Assembly (NCBI GenBank): GCA_965248535.1
Contig: CBDFJR010000005.1
Coordinates: 1,376,001 to 1,440,000, forward strand
DNA from: Phormidesmis sp.
Lineage (GTDB): Bacteria > Cyanobacteriota > Cyanobacteriia > Leptolyngbyales > Leptolyngbyaceae
DNA: 64,000 nt
Direction of reading: 5' to 3'
Position 1 is the first letter of the stretch, and the number at the start of each line of letters is the position of its first letter. Position numbers and translations under genes: made by a program. Positions 9,654 through 20,556 of this stretch are shown here, piece after piece. The notes below the pieces were generated by a model. The model saw only the letters and a program-made list of their open reading frames with translations. It was not told the origin of the DNA and made no database searches.

Positions 9654-11309
9654 ATGACAGCACAATTAAAGAGTGTAGGCATCGGGATCGCCCTTCTCAG
9701 TGGCGGGCTGACTCTTGCGCCTGTTGCCTTGGCTGAAGGTGATTTGATCGTTAGCCCATCGTCGATCGACGCGGTTTCGGCTCAACCGTCTGAGGAGAGC
9801 GATCGCTCCTCTCTCGATCAAGTGACTTCAGTTTCTCAACTGACCGATGTTCGCCCGACTGACTGGGCGTTTCAAGCTTTGCAGTCGCTGGTTGAGCGCT
9901 ATGGCTGCATTGCAGGTTATCCCGACAAGACCTATCGCGGCAACCGGGCCCTGACTCGCTATGAGTTTGCTGCCGGGCTGAATGCGTGTCTTGATCGGGT
10001 CAATCAACTCATCGCTGCCTCAACCGCTGATCTCGTTAAAAAAGAAGATCTCGTCACTCTGCAAAAACTGCAAGCAGAATTTGCAGCAGAACTGGCTACT
10101 CTGCGCGGTCGAGTTGACGTGCTAGAAGCCCGAACCACCACACTGCAAAAGCAGCAGTTTTCGACCACTACTAAACTCGGTGTTGAACTGGTCAGCTATC
10201 TCGCCGATGCCTTTGGCAAAAGCGCCGGAGATGTCAACAATGCAAACCTGGGCTATCGACTGCGACTGGATTTTGATACTAGCTTTTCGGGCAAAGATCG
10301 CCTGAGAGTGCGGCTGCAATCGACTAATTTGCGACGGTTAGATACGGCAACCACCTTTCCTACAGGGGCCCTGGCAGGCGGAACAGACGAATCTCGATTT
10401 TTAGCGACCAGCGTGTCGCAAGATGGTGAATTTCGGCTCAATCGCTTGCAATATCGCTTCCCGATCGGAGAGAAACTCACGGTTTTTCTCGATGCCAACA
10501 CGATCGATCCCAGCATTGTCACCGACCCGATCACGCCGTTTAACGACCAAACTCAGGGGTCTCCGTCTAACTTTGCTCAGATTAATCCCATCTTTTTTCC
10601 GGTGGGCAACCGGGCCGGAGTCGCGGCTAACGTTCACGTCTCACCCGCTATTAGCTGGGATTTTGGCTATTATGGCGAAGACTCGACGATCGGCGGGCCC
10701 AACTTCCCCGATAACAAATCAGGCATCTTTAACGGCGGTCACAGCGCCTGGACTCAGCTAATCTATAGTGCGGGAGCGCTCAAGGCTGGGTTTCTCTACG
10801 TCAACTCTTACTCAGTGGTGAATGGGGTCGATACGCTAGCGGGCAGCAATGCGGCAAAAGTGATCGGCGCAGGCCCGACCATGGGCAACTCCTATGGCTT
10901 TCAGTTTGACTATCGGGTTTCGCCTAAGTTTGAGTTGGGCGGCTGGGTGGGCTATACGGCAGCGCGGACTTTAGGCGATGGCACCAAAGGCGATGCCTCA
11001 GTCTGGAACTTTGCGGTAAATGTCGCCTTTCCTGACTTGGGCAAAAAAGGCAACCTGGGCGGCTTTGTGTTTGGGATGCAGCCAAAACTCACTTCAACGA
11101 GCAGCGATGCCGTGGCTCAAGCGATCGGGCTACCCGTGGGTCAACGCAGCGATCGGGACACGGGCTATCACATTGAGGCATTTTATCGCTATCAACTGAC
11201 GGATAACCTGTCGTTGACTCCGGGCGTGATCTGGCTGACGGCTCCCAATCATGACGATCGTAACCCTGATGTTGTGATTGGCGTGATCAGAACCACGTTT
11301 GTCTTTTAG
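9654..11309 (+). CDS. Cyanobacterial SLH-domain OprB-type (iron uptake/carbohydrate) porin
   Basis: QVTSVSQLTDVRPTDWAFQALQSLVERYGCIAGYPD, QFSTTTKL, C-terminal RTTFVF. Confidence 0.95.
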   Translation: MTAQLKSVGIGIALLSGGLTLAPVALAEGDLIVSPSSIDAVSAQPSEESDRSSLDQVTSVSQLTDVRPTDWAFQALQSLVERYGCIAGYPDKTYRGNRALTRYEFAAGLNACLDRVNQLIAASTADLVKKEDLVTLQKLQAEFAAELATLRGRVDVLEARTTTLQKQQFSTTTKLGVELVSYLADAFGKSAGDVNNANLGYRLRLDFDTSFSGKDRLRVRLQSTNLRRLDTATTFPTGALAGGTDESRFLATSVSQDGEFRLNRLQYRFPIGEKLTVFLDANTIDPSIVTDPITPFNDQTQGSPSNFAQINPIFFPVGNRAGVAANVHVSPAISWDFGYYGEDSTIGGPNFPDNKSGIFNGGHSAWTQLIYSAGALKAGFLYVNSYSVVNGVDTLAGSNAAKVIGAGPTMGNSYGFQFDYRVSPKFELGGWVGYTAARTLGDGTKGDASVWNFAVNVAFPDLGKKGNLGGFVFGMQPKLTSTSSDAVAQAIGLPVGQRSDRDTGYHIEAFYRYQLTDNLSLTPGVIWLTAPNHDDRNPDVVIGVIRTTFVF

Positions 11310-11463
11310 CCGAATTCTGCTGTCTGCGATCGGAGTGGATAAAGCTCGATCGATTTTTTTATTAACGATAAAGAAGTCGCAGGGTTGCGTATACTGAATC
11401 TGCTAGCGGAACTGAATCATTAACGACGAAAAGATTTAGAAATGTAACCTAGAGGAATCGCAA

Positions 11464-12312
11464 GTGAAACGAAGACAATTAATCTTGACTGGTTTGTTTG
11501 CAGTGTCATTGGCAACGACTACGATCGTGGGTTGCAGCAATCAAGATGCAAACAATGCCAACACGGCTAACAAAAAAGAGTTAACGCTGGTGACATCACC
11601 AGATTACCCGCCCTATGAGTTTTATGACACTGCTAATGGGGGTCGTCAAATTGTCGGGTTTGATATTGATATTGCTAACTATGTGGCTAAAGAGTTGGGA
11701 CTAACCCTCAAAATTCAAGAATCTGATTTTAATGGCTTGATTCCCGCGATTCAGGCTAAACGAGCAGACTTTGTGATGGCGGGCATGACTCCCACTGACG
11801 AGCGCAAAAAAAGTGTAGATTTCTCAACGCTTTATTTTCAAGCTCAAGACACGATCGTGTCCCCAACAGGCAGCAATCTTAAAAAACCAGCCGATCTAGC
11901 AGGTAAAAAAGTTGGCGTGCAGCTAGGCTCAATTCAAGAAGGCAACGCCAAAAAGATTGCCGAAAAAGTCACCGGAATTCAGATTAAACCTCTGAACAAA
12001 ATTCCTGAGATTGTGCAAGAAGTCAAAGCAAAACGCATTGATGCCGCCATTATCGAAAACACGATCGCGGAAGGGTTTCTCAAGTCCAATCCTGACCTAG
12101 AGTTCACACTCATCCCCAACGAAGGGCCGTCTGGTTCAGCGATCGCTTTCCCCAAAGGGTCATCTCGCGTGGCTGACTTTAACACCGTGCTGCAAAAAAT
12201 GAAGGCCAGTGGCGAACTCGATCGCCTCGCCAAGAAGTGGTTTTCTCAAAGCATTCCGCCATCTCCGGCAGCCTCTCCCTCGACTTCTCCTTCTCCCTTA
12301 CCTAGCAAATAA
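11464..12312 (+). CDS. Polar amino-acid ABC transporter substrate-binding lipoprotein
   Basis: Lipobox IVGC, SPDYPPYEF, GFDIDIA, AGMTPTDERKKSVDFS. Confidence 0.92.
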   Translation: MKRRQLILTGLFAVSLATTTIVGCSNQDANNANTANKKELTLVTSPDYPPYEFYDTANGGRQIVGFDIDIANYVAKELGLTLKIQESDFNGLIPAIQAKRADFVMAGMTPTDERKKSVDFSTLYFQAQDTIVSPTGSNLKKPADLAGKKVGVQLGSIQEGNAKKIAEKVTGIQIKPLNKIPEIVQEVKAKRIDAAIIENTIAEGFLKSNPDLEFTLIPNEGPSGSAIAFPKGSSRVADFNTVLQKMKASGELDRLAKKWFSQSIPPSPAASPSTSPSPLPSK

Positions 12313-12318
12313 TTCGCC

Positions 12319-12348
12319 TGTAGGGGCGTTTCCTACAGCGTTCCTACA
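12319..12348. repeat. REP-like palindrome (TGTAGGGGCG...CGTTCCTACA)
   Basis: GTAG-headed imperfect inverted repeat between the SBP and permease genes. Confidence 0.5.
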
Positions 12349-12365
12349 AACATCATCCCACTTAT

Positions 12366-13025
12366 ATGAATCTAGACTTTGCGCGCATTCTGCCTGATCT
12401 CCCGTTTATTCTTAGTGGCATTCCGCAGACGTTGCTTTTTACATTCTCATCTGTGTTCTTTGGGCTGCTGCTCGGAACGGTTCTCTCGCTGTTTAAGATC
12501 TCTGGCGTTAAGCCCCTCTACTGGTTTGCAGTAGCCTACACGTCTGTATTCCGGGGCACTCCGCTACTGCTGCAATTATCGTTGGTTTATTTTGCAACCC
12601 CGCAGTTAACAGGCTATGACATTTCGGCACTGCAAGCGGGCGTGTTCACCTTTAGCCTCAACTCTGCGGCTTATATGTCAGAGACGATTCGCGCCGGAAT
12701 TCAGGCTGTCGATAAAGGGCAAACCGAAGCCGCGCTAACGCTGGGTGTTCCCTACCCGCAATTGATGTGGGATATTGTGCTGCCCCAAGCGTTAAAAAAT
12801 ATTCTCCCGGCATTGGTGAATGAAACGATTTCGCTGCTCAAAGATTCTTCATTGGTGTCTACGATCGGGGTCGTCGAGATTCTTCGCAGTGCTCAAATTG
12901 TGGGCGCAAACAAATATATCTACTTTGAGCCACTGATTTTAGCAGGCTTAATCTATTACATTTTGGTGATGGGGTTAACGTACACGGCATCCATTTTAGA
13001 AAAGAGGCTGAGACGCAGTGAATGA
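12366..13025 (+). CDS. Polar amino-acid ABC transporter permease
   Basis: [41 protein letters not shown]. Confidence 0.95.
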   Translation: MNLDFARILPDLPFILSGIPQTLLFTFSSVFFGLLLGTVLSLFKISGVKPLYWFAVAYTSVFRGTPLLLQLSLVYFATPQLTGYDISALQAGVFTFSLNSAAYMSETIRAGIQAVDKGQTEAALTLGVPYPQLMWDIVLPQALKNILPALVNETISLLKDSSLVSTIGVVEILRSAQIVGANKYIYFEPLILAGLIYYILVMGLTYTASILEKRLRRSE

Positions 13026-13752
13026 AGTTGTAATTCGGGTTGAATTTCTCTGTAAATCGTTTGGGGCGCTCAAAGTTCTTGACGACATTTCGACCGAGAT
13101 TCATCGGGGTGAAGTGGTGTCAATCTTGGGGCCTTCTGGCTCAGGCAAATCGACATTTCTGCGCTGCATGAACTTGCTAGAACAACCAACTCGCGGGCGA
13201 ATTTATTTCAACGAGCAAGACATTACCGCTCCTAAAATCAACATTTCCACTGTCCGGCAAAAGCTGGGCATGGTGTTTCAACACTTCAATCTGTTTCCGC
13301 ACCTGACCACCCTCGCAAACGTCACCTATGCCCCCATTAAACTTAAAGGCATGAGTCACGAGCAAGCCAAACAAAAGGGTATGGAGCTACTCGCCAAAGT
13401 CGGGTTAGCCGAAAAAGCCAATGTTTATCCGTCTCGACTCTCAGGCGGACAAAAACAGCGCGTCGCGATCGCTCGTGCCCTAGCCATGGAACCCGAAGTG
13501 ATTTTGTTTGATGAGCCGACTTCTGCCCTCGACCCTGAAACCGTTAAAGAAGTGCTAGAAGTGATGAAAGCCTTGGCTAAAACCGGAATCACGATGGCCG
13601 TAGTGACCCACGAGATGGGCTTTGCGCGAGAAGTGGCCGATCGCATTCTTTTTCTTGATCAAGGCAAGTTGGCCGAAGACAGTTCGCCGGATGAGTTTTT
13701 TAGTCGTCCGCGCTGCGATCGGGCCAAGCAGTTTCTCGAAAAAATGCTTTAA
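13018..13752 (+). CDS. Polar amino-acid ABC transporter ATP-binding protein (GlnQ-like)
   Basis: [36 protein letters not shown]. Confidence 0.95.
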   Translation: MNEVVIRVEFLCKSFGALKVLDDISTEIHRGEVVSILGPSGSGKSTFLRCMNLLEQPTRGRIYFNEQDITAPKINISTVRQKLGMVFQHFNLFPHLTTLANVTYAPIKLKGMSHEQAKQKGMELLAKVGLAEKANVYPSRLSGGQKQRVAIARALAMEPEVILFDEPTSALDPETVKEVLEVMKALAKTGITMAVVTHEMGFAREVADRILFLDQGKLAEDSSPDEFFSRPRCDRAKQFLEKML

Positions 13753-14626
13753 ACGAATTCTCCTTGGCCACCATCACGACGTGACCGCCGACCGACACTT
13801 CGATCTCGGCATCGGTTCTTTGCGCTTTGAGCAACAGCAGCGACGGTCTGCCCATCTCATAGCCTTGTTCAACGCGCACATCAACCGGAGCATCCCCAAA
13901 GTAGTGGTATTGCACTAAATATCCAGCCAGACACCCGTTGGCGCTGCCCGTCGCCGGATCTTCTGGGATGCCCAACCCATCCACAAACACGCGCACACAA
14001 AGCTGATTGTCAGCGTGATACGTTTCAGGACAAAAGACTAGAATCGCTTTGGCCTCTGTGGTGGCGATCAGGTCAAATAGTTTCTCGCGATCGATTTTAG
14101 AGTGCTGAAGCGATCGCTGTTTTTTCAACGGCACAATCATAAACGGCAAGCCTGTCGAAACTTCTTGGATGGGATAGCGATCGTCCAATTCATCAACATT
14201 GAGATTGAGAATGGGCGCGATCGTCTCTCGGCTGAATTGTTGTCCAAACCTGGGCGAATTTTGACGCATCCACAATAAATCAATCTGCCGATCGCGATAG
14301 CTCAACGTCACCGGAATCTGTCCTACTTTGAGATTGAGAATCACGGTCTCGATCGCGGATTGAATCACTTCCTGTTGCAAAATAAACGCTGTTCCTAAGG
14401 TCGGATGCCCAGCAAAAGGCAACTCTTGCTGAGGCGTAAAAATCCGAACTTTATAGCCGCCATTCTCAGCGATCTCAGACTCGATAAACGTCGTCTCAGA
14501 ATAATTCATTTCTTTGGCAATCTGCTGCATTTGCTCAGTTGAGAGATGCTCAACGCCACGAAACACAGCAAGCTGATTTCCAGCATATTTTGTTTCTGCA
14601 AACACATCGACGATATAAAACTGCAT
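13700..14626 (-). CDS. PhzF family isomerase (C-terminus apparently frameshifted)
   Basis: [50 protein letters not shown]. Confidence 0.92.
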   Translation of the reverse strand: MQFYIVDVFAETKYAGNQLAVFRGVEHLSTEQMQQIAKEMNYSETTFIESEIAENGGYKVRIFTPQQELPFAGHPTLGTAFILQQEVIQSAIETVILNLKVGQIPVTLSYRDRQIDLLWMRQNSPRFGQQFSRETIAPILNLNVDELDDRYPIQEVSTGLPFMIVPLKKQRSLQHSKIDREKLFDLIATTEAKAILVFCPETYHADNQLCVRVFVDGLGIPEDPATGSANGCLAGYLVQYHYFGDAPVDVRVEQGYEMGRPSLLLLKAQRTDAEIEVSVGGHVVMVAKENSFKAFFRETAWPDRSADD

Positions 14627-14869
14627 GGTTCTGCCTCTCGGTTGACCTCACTTGGGTCTTGCACTAATGTAAAGATTCCATAAACTTTCGTCAAAATTGA
14701 GTCGATCGGCTGGTGTTTTTACGCAACCCAAGGTCTAATAGGCACGGTTGAAGCGTTCTAAGGTCAAACAGCTTTCCATTTGCTGACTAACCGTTTGGGA
14801 TACGATCGCACGATCACAGACTCAACACCTGACCCAATTCCAGCCCTTAAAAGACCCCCAGAAACCACC

Positions 14870-16057
14870 ATGAAGAACCTATCACCTCAAGTTGAGATGT
14901 TGCCTCAGCGTGAAACATTTCACTTGGCGTATCTCGATTCTCTAAGGGGTTTAGCTGCACTCTATATTGTGCTCCATCATGCCACTCTACAAATCAATTT
15001 TTCTGAGAACAACCCGAATATTTTCGTAAAATCTTTTGTTTACGTCACCATGAATGGGTTTCAGTATGGACACTATGCTGTCGATTTATTTATTGTTCTT
15101 TCAGGCTTTTGCTTAATGCTGCCTGTCATTCGCAACGATGGCGAAATTAAGGGTGGGGCAATTAATTTTTTCAAAAAACGTGTTCGACGTATTCTGCCAC
15201 CCTACTATTTAGCAATGGGGCTTTCTCTTCTGTTAATTTTCACCTTAATTGGAAACAAAACAGGCACCCATTGGGATGCCAGCCTTCCTGTGACATCACA
15301 TGATATCATCGCTCATTTATTGCTCATTCAAGACCTATTTAGGGAGATGAATGCAAAAATAAATCATGCTTTTTGGTCTATTTCAGTTGAGTGGAGAATT
15401 TACTTCCTGTTTCCAATACTCATTTTGTTGTGGAGACGCTTTGGGGCAGTGAAGGTTGCTGCATCGACGCTGACCTTATCGTCTTTGCTCTATTTCGTTC
15501 TTTATCTAATCGCTCACTTTGTTCCATCCTTTGCGATTAACTTAAGTCCTTGGGGAAGCTGCCCTCACTACATTGGACTGTTTGCCCTAGGTATGTTGTC
15601 TGCCGAAATTGCCTACTCAAGTCAATCGACGTTTCCCCATCTTCGGAAAAATCTGCCTTGGAAAATGATGGCTTTAATAGCGGCTGCCGCGTCATTGATT
15701 ATTTATGATACTGCAATCCATAGTGGTTATCTGTGGGTCGTTGCAGATTTAATTGCAGGCGTTGGATTTGCTTGTTTACTAATAGTTTCGTCATTCGCTC
15801 AAACCAGTTGGCTCACTAACTTATTGACCTGGAAGCCACTCGTTTTTATCGGCGGATTTGCTTATAGTCTCTATCTGGTTCATGCGCCTTTATTGCAGGT
15901 CATTTCGCAGTATTTACTAGATCCGTTAGGGCTAACAAACTGGATGGCTTTATTGGTGATGTTTGTAGTTGGCACACCGATCGTTGTCGGATTTTCCTAC
16001 CTGTTTTTTGTGCTGTTTGAACGACCATTTCTCACTAAAAAGAGACTGATTGTCTGA
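14870..16057 (+). CDS. Acyltransferase-3 family membrane O-acyltransferase
   Basis: LDSLRGLAAL, VDLFIVLSGF, RRILPPYY, FWSISVEWRIY, YSLYLVH, FERPF. Confidence 0.92.
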   Translation: MKNLSPQVEMLPQRETFHLAYLDSLRGLAALYIVLHHATLQINFSENNPNIFVKSFVYVTMNGFQYGHYAVDLFIVLSGFCLMLPVIRNDGEIKGGAINFFKKRVRRILPPYYLAMGLSLLLIFTLIGNKTGTHWDASLPVTSHDIIAHLLLIQDLFREMNAKINHAFWSISVEWRIYFLFPILILLWRRFGAVKVAASTLTLSSLLYFVLYLIAHFVPSFAINLSPWGSCPHYIGLFALGMLSAEIAYSSQSTFPHLRKNLPWKMMALIAAAASLIIYDTAIHSGYLWVVADLIAGVGFACLLIVSSFAQTSWLTNLLTWKPLVFIGGFAYSLYLVHAPLLQVISQYLLDPLGLTNWMALLVMFVVGTPIVVGFSYLFFVLFERPFLTKKRLIV

Positions 16058-16271
16058 ACTATTTCATGGTCTCTTTTAGCCGATAAATGAATGATTGATG
16101 ACTCAGAAGTGTCAAGTTTAGAGTTTGTGCGATCCACCGAGACAAGACTATCTGAGGCTCTAAATTTCAGCATGAGCATTTAGTGAAAGACCGAATTTAC
16201 TCTTCTTCTCTGGCATCTCTCAACAGACGATGGCAAAATAGACGTTACTCTTTTGTTAGTTGAGCAGCATC

Positions 16272-17021
16272 ATGACGATTCATCCAACGCTACAGAATGC
16301 CCTTGACCACGCTCACGCTCTAAAAATCATTAGCGGCCTGAATAACTTTGATGCCGATCGGGTTGCGGCCGTGGTTAAAGCTGCCGATCGTGGCGGTGCA
16401 ACCTTTGTCGATATCGCGGCTGACCCTAACCTAGTGCGGATGGCAAAGCAACTCACCAGCCTGCCAGTCTGCGTCTCTGCCGTCGAGCCAGAGTTATTGG
16501 TGGCTGCCGTCAATGCAGGTGCCGACCTGATCGAAATCGGCAACTTTGATAGTTTCTATGCTCAAGGTCGTCGATTTGAGTCCGCAGAGGTCTTGGCGCT
16601 CACTCATGCGACTCGCGCTCTATTGCCGACGATGACCCTATCGGTCACGGTGCCCCACACGCTGCCGCTCGATCGCCAAGTTCAATTGGCAGAAGACTTG
16701 GTGAAAGCTGGAGCCGACCTGATTCAGACTGAGGGTGGCACGAGCAGCGCCCCAACCCATGCGGGCAGCTTAGGCCTGATCGAAAAAGCAGCCCCCACGA
16801 TCGCGGCTGCCTACGAGATTTCTCGTGCGATCGCGATCCCGGTGCTTTGTGCGTCGGGCTTATCGAGCGTGACCGTGCCCCTAGCGATCGCGGCGGGTGC
16901 ATCGGGTGTCGGCATTGGGTCTGCCATTCATCAACTCAACAGTGAAATTGCTATGGTGGCCGCCGTCCGCAGCTTGGTCGAAGCGCTGGCAACGGTCAGC
17001 CGCGCCAGCGTCAATCGGTAG
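16272..17021 (+). CDS. DUF561 (Ycf23-like) protein
   Basis: LKIISGLNNFD, GATFVDIAAD, IEIGNFDSFY, QTEGG, ASGLSSVT. Confidence 0.9.
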   Translation: MTIHPTLQNALDHAHALKIISGLNNFDADRVAAVVKAADRGGATFVDIAADPNLVRMAKQLTSLPVCVSAVEPELLVAAVNAGADLIEIGNFDSFYAQGRRFESAEVLALTHATRALLPTMTLSVTVPHTLPLDRQVQLAEDLVKAGADLIQTEGGTSSAPTHAGSLGLIEKAAPTIAAAYEISRAIAIPVLCASGLSSVTVPLAIAAGASGVGIGSAIHQLNSEIAMVAAVRSLVEALATVSRASVNR

Positions 17022-17030
17022 GATTTCACA

Positions 17031-17066
17031 AAACAGCGATCGTTCCAACCAGAACGATCGCTGTTT
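17031..17066. terminator. Hairpin between convergent genes (possible bidirectional terminator)
   Basis: aaacagcgatcgttc-caacca-gaacgatcgctgttt perfect 15-bp stem. Confidence 0.7.
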
Positions 17067-17086
17067 CAAGCTCAATTTCTCACGCT

Positions 17087-17440
17087 CTACAGCAGGCGGA
17101 AGATGAAGGGATAGCTGAAAGGCTCATTGGGTTTGCTAAAGCAGTGAGCTAGCGCCCAAATCGTCAAACCCCAGTGAATAGCATAGCCAAGGGGGAATAA
17201 AACCCACCCTAACAGCCCAAAGGTCAGCAGCGATGGAATCAGAATCAAAATGCCCCAAAACCACACGTTAAAGTGAAAGTTGATCGATTCTTTGGCGTTG
17301 GCTTTAACAACTGGGTCGTCGGAGATAAACGTGATCGCGATCGGCACGCCAACCGATAAAAATGTTGTGCTAAAAAAGATTGCTCCATGACATAGGCAGG
17401 ATAGCAACTTGCGCTTGTCTGAATCGTAGGTTCCTTGCAT
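17087..17440 (-). CDS. DUF4870 membrane protein
   Basis: VKANAKESINFHFN...FSYPFIFRLL. Confidence 0.85.
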   Translation of the reverse strand: MQGTYDSDKRKLLSCLCHGAIFFSTTFLSVGVPIAITFISDDPVVKANAKESINFHFNVWFWGILILIPSLLTFGLLGWVLFPLGYAIHWGLTIWALAHCFSKPNEPFSYPFIFRLL

Positions 17441-17558
17441 CCTGGAACGGCTCCTGTAGATAATTTTTCTTTGACCTGATCGTATCTCCGATCGTACAGC
17501 CTTCAGTAGTGAAGTTTACCGTACTTCTTCACGCAAGCAGCTTTTCCTTTAGATAGAT

Positions 17559-18398
17559 TTATTGTTGGGCATCAATTTTTTGAGGGTTTTGAGGGGTGAG
17601 AATCACCTCTGGGTTAAATGGCTGAAGATTGGGTGCAGAGCCGTTTTGCTGAGGTTGGGCAAAGCGTTGCGCCAAATTGATAAAGTCAGAGGGCACCATC
17701 ACGATCGTGGTGGTGTTGTTTTCGGCTCCGATTTCGGTCAGCATTTGCAAACGGCGCAATTCTAGCGCGATCGGGTTAGCGCTAATCATTTGAGACGCTT
17801 CGGCGAGTTTTGCAGAGGCTTCTTGCTCGGCGGCGGCTTTAATGATGCGGGCGCGTTTTTCACGAATGGCTTCAGCTTCTTTGGCCATTGCCCGCTGCAT
17901 GGTCGGCGGAATCTCGACATCCTTGGTTTCAACTCGCTCAATCACGATGCCCCAGGGTTCTGTGATTTCATCAACGATTTCTTGCACTTTGACGTTGATT
18001 TTGTCGCGGTTTTGCAGCACATCATCCAAGATATTTTGTCCGACCACGTTTCGCAGAGTCGTCATAGCCACCTGATAGACGGCGGTTTGATAGCTCTCAA
18101 CTTTGTTGATGGCCTTAGATGGGTCGAGAATGCGGTAGTAAAGAACAGCGTTGACTTTGATGGTGACGCTATCAGCCGTGACGGTTTCTTGCGGCTCAAT
18201 ATTGACGGTTTTGGTTCTTACGTCAATCTGCACTTTTTGATCGACAAACGGCATAATCCAATACATGCCGGGGCCCATCACGCCCTTGGTGCGTCCGAGC
18301 CGAAAAATCACGCCTCGCTGATATTCTCGATCGATTTTCAACCCGTTTAGCGACACGATAAACAGTGCGCCAAGCAATGCAGTCATAAAGCTTCCCAT
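17559..18398 (-). CDS. SPFH/stomatin (slipin) family protein
   Basis: EYQRGVIFRLG, TTLRNVVG, WGIVIERVE, RAMAKEAEAIREKRARII. Confidence 0.92.
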   Translation of the reverse strand: MGSFMTALLGALFIVSLNGLKIDREYQRGVIFRLGRTKGVMGPGMYWIMPFVDQKVQIDVRTKTVNIEPQETVTADSVTIKVNAVLYYRILDPSKAINKVESYQTAVYQVAMTTLRNVVGQNILDDVLQNRDKINVKVQEIVDEITEPWGIVIERVETKDVEIPPTMQRAMAKEAEAIREKRARIIKAAAEQEASAKLAEASQMISANPIALELRRLQMLTEIGAENNTTTIVMVPSDFINLAQRFAQPQQNGSAPNLQPFNPEVILTPQNPQKIDAQQ

Positions 18399-18519
18399 TG
18401 GGCGATTCCTAACGCTATACCTCTGTTCTAGCACAGCACTTTAGGAGCACCCAGAAACGTAATGTTATCGGGTTTGTTCTGGCGATCGGTCGGCTCTAGT
18501 GACTTCTGAACCCCTCTCT

Positions 18520-20034
18520 TTAAGACTCCTCAGAATCGAATTTTTCAGGTTTTAGCAATGGGAAGGCGATCACGTCACGAATGCTAGCGGCATCAGTCAG
18601 CACCATGACTAAGCGATCGATGCCGATTCCCAGTCCTCCGGTTGGCGGCATTCCATATTCCAACGCGGTGAGAAAGTCTTCGTCAACGCCTTGGGCTTCG
18701 AGATCGCCAGCGGCTTTGCGATCGGCTTGGGCCTCTAGTCGCGATCGCTGATCTACAGGATCAGTTAACTCTGAGAAACTATTGGCGGTTTCTCGCCCGA
18801 CGATGAATAACTCAAATCGTTCGACTAGCCCAGGCTTTGAGCGATGCGGTTTTGCGAGGGGTGAAATCTCGATCGGATAATCTAAAACAAACGTCGGCTG
18901 GATTAGTGTATCTTCAACTTTTTGTTCAAACGCTTCGTTGAGCAGGTTCCCGATCGAGACACATTTCTCAATGTTGTAGATTCCAGCCGCTTTTGCCGCA
19001 ACTTTTGCCTCGTCTAACGTTTGGAACTGCGTGAAATCAAGTCCGGTTTTTTCTTGCACAATCTCGTGCATCGTGACTCTGCGCCACGGAGGAGTCAGAT
19101 CAATATCTTCGCCCTGGTAGCTAATCTTTAAAGTTTCTAGAACTTCTTGGGCGACGGTCGTAATAATCGCTTCGGTCAGCGCCATCATGTCGTGATAGTC
19201 GGCGTAGGCTTGATAAACCTCGATCGACGTAAATTCTGGATTGTGCCGGGTCGAAACGCCTTCGTTTCTAAAGATGCGTCCCAGTTCAAACACTTTCTCA
19301 AACCCACCCACGATCAGGCGCTTGAGGTGCAACTCGGTGGCGATGCGGAGATATAGCTCCATATCCATCGTGTTGTGATAGGTGACAAACGGACGCGCAT
19401 CGGCTCCGCCTGCTTCTGACAAGAGAACGGGCGTTTCGATTTCGATAAAGCCTTGCTGATCTAAATAGCGCCGAATTCCCGCTGTGATCAGGGCGCGACG
19501 ACGAAAGGTTTGCCGCACTTCAGGATTCACAATCAAATCCACATAGCGTTGACGATAGCGTTTAGCGACATCGGTCAAGCCGTGCCATTTGTCGGGCAGC
19601 GGCAGCAGCGATTTGGTCAACATCGTGTATTGGTTGACGTAGACCGAGAGTTCGCCTTTTTCGGTGCGCTTGACGCTGCCGCTTGCGCCGATGATGTCAC
19701 CTGCATCAGTGAGTTGCTTGAGATGGTCAAAGGCTTGCGGGTCTGCCTCGCCCATGTTGGCTTGAATGCGCGTTTTGTCGAGATAAAGCTGAATGGTGCC
19801 CGTCTCGTCTTGCAGCGTGAAAAATGCCAGCTTGCCGAAGACGCGCCGCGCCATGATTCTGCCCGCGATCGCCACTTCGATCGCGACTTCTTCACCGTTG
19901 GCTAAGTCGGCATATTTTTCTTGCAGTTCGGCGGCGTGGTGGGTTGACTGCCACTGATAGGCGTAGGGGTTTACGCCCAGTTGCTTGAGTTGCTCAACTT
20001 TTTCGAGGCGAGTAGCGCGAAGATCGTCTGACAT
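18520..20034 (-). CDS. lysS: Lysine--tRNA ligase (class II)
   Basis: [46 protein letters not shown]. Confidence 0.98.
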   Translation of the reverse strand: MSDDLRATRLEKVEQLKQLGVNPYAYQWQSTHHAAELQEKYADLANGEEVAIEVAIAGRIMARRVFGKLAFFTLQDETGTIQLYLDKTRIQANMGEADPQAFDHLKQLTDAGDIIGASGSVKRTEKGELSVYVNQYTMLTKSLLPLPDKWHGLTDVAKRYRQRYVDLIVNPEVRQTFRRRALITAGIRRYLDQQGFIEIETPVLLSEAGGADARPFVTYHNTMDMELYLRIATELHLKRLIVGGFEKVFELGRIFRNEGVSTRHNPEFTSIEVYQAYADYHDMMALTEAIITTVAQEVLETLKISYQGEDIDLTPPWRRVTMHEIVQEKTGLDFTQFQTLDEAKVAAKAAGIYNIEKCVSIGNLLNEAFEQKVEDTLIQPTFVLDYPIEISPLAKPHRSKPGLVERFELFIVGRETANSFSELTDPVDQRSRLEAQADRKAAGDLEAQGVDEDFLTALEYGMPPTGGLGIGIDRLVMVLTDAASIRDVIAFPLLKPEKFDSEES

Positions 20035-20250
20035 GGCTTAAAATTCCTGGATACGCAGCCAAGAAGCAGGATGCAACTGAGGCTAATAGCAGCTTTCTAT
20101 TATAAGGGCGAAGGCTACGGGAACGTGGAGTAAACCTTTTGCGTTTATGGGGCGATCGCATCAAAAATTGAGTACAGCAGTCAAGGCACATGAAATGCTG
20201 AGGGAACACCTCCGGTGCAGGAAACCTATGCGCTGACAGCCATACTGAAG

Positions 20251-20395
20251 CAAATATGCGAAAAGATTCCGCCTATCCATCCAAATGAGCGTAATACGCA
20301 GAAAGATTCTGTCTATCTACCTCATTCGGGGTGCTACGCAGAAACCATCTGCCTATTCACCCATTTCGGCGTGATATGCGGAAACTTTCTCTCTA
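20251..20395. repeat. Degenerate tandem array with 40-bp period (~3.5 units), each unit internally palindromic
   Basis: Units at 20251, 20291, 20331, 20371 align without gaps, e.g. gtaatacgcagaaagattctgtctatctac / gtgctacgcagaaaccatctgcctattcac. Confidence 0.8.
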
Positions 20396-20556
20396 AAAAG
20401 AAGTTATGCTGCTTCGTTTACAGGCGATGGTAACTAGTGGTCTGTTAGCGTTTAAGCTCTAGACAGAGATCAATGAAGTGGTTAAACCCTAGAGCTTCTA
20501 CGGATGTTGTATTTTTCATCGTATTCCAAGATTGAATGAGTCAGTTTTGAAATACG

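Noticed and set aside
20251..20395. CRISPR array
   Set aside because: Units are degenerate along their whole length with no unique spacers, and no cas genes are nearby; kept as a tandem repeat.
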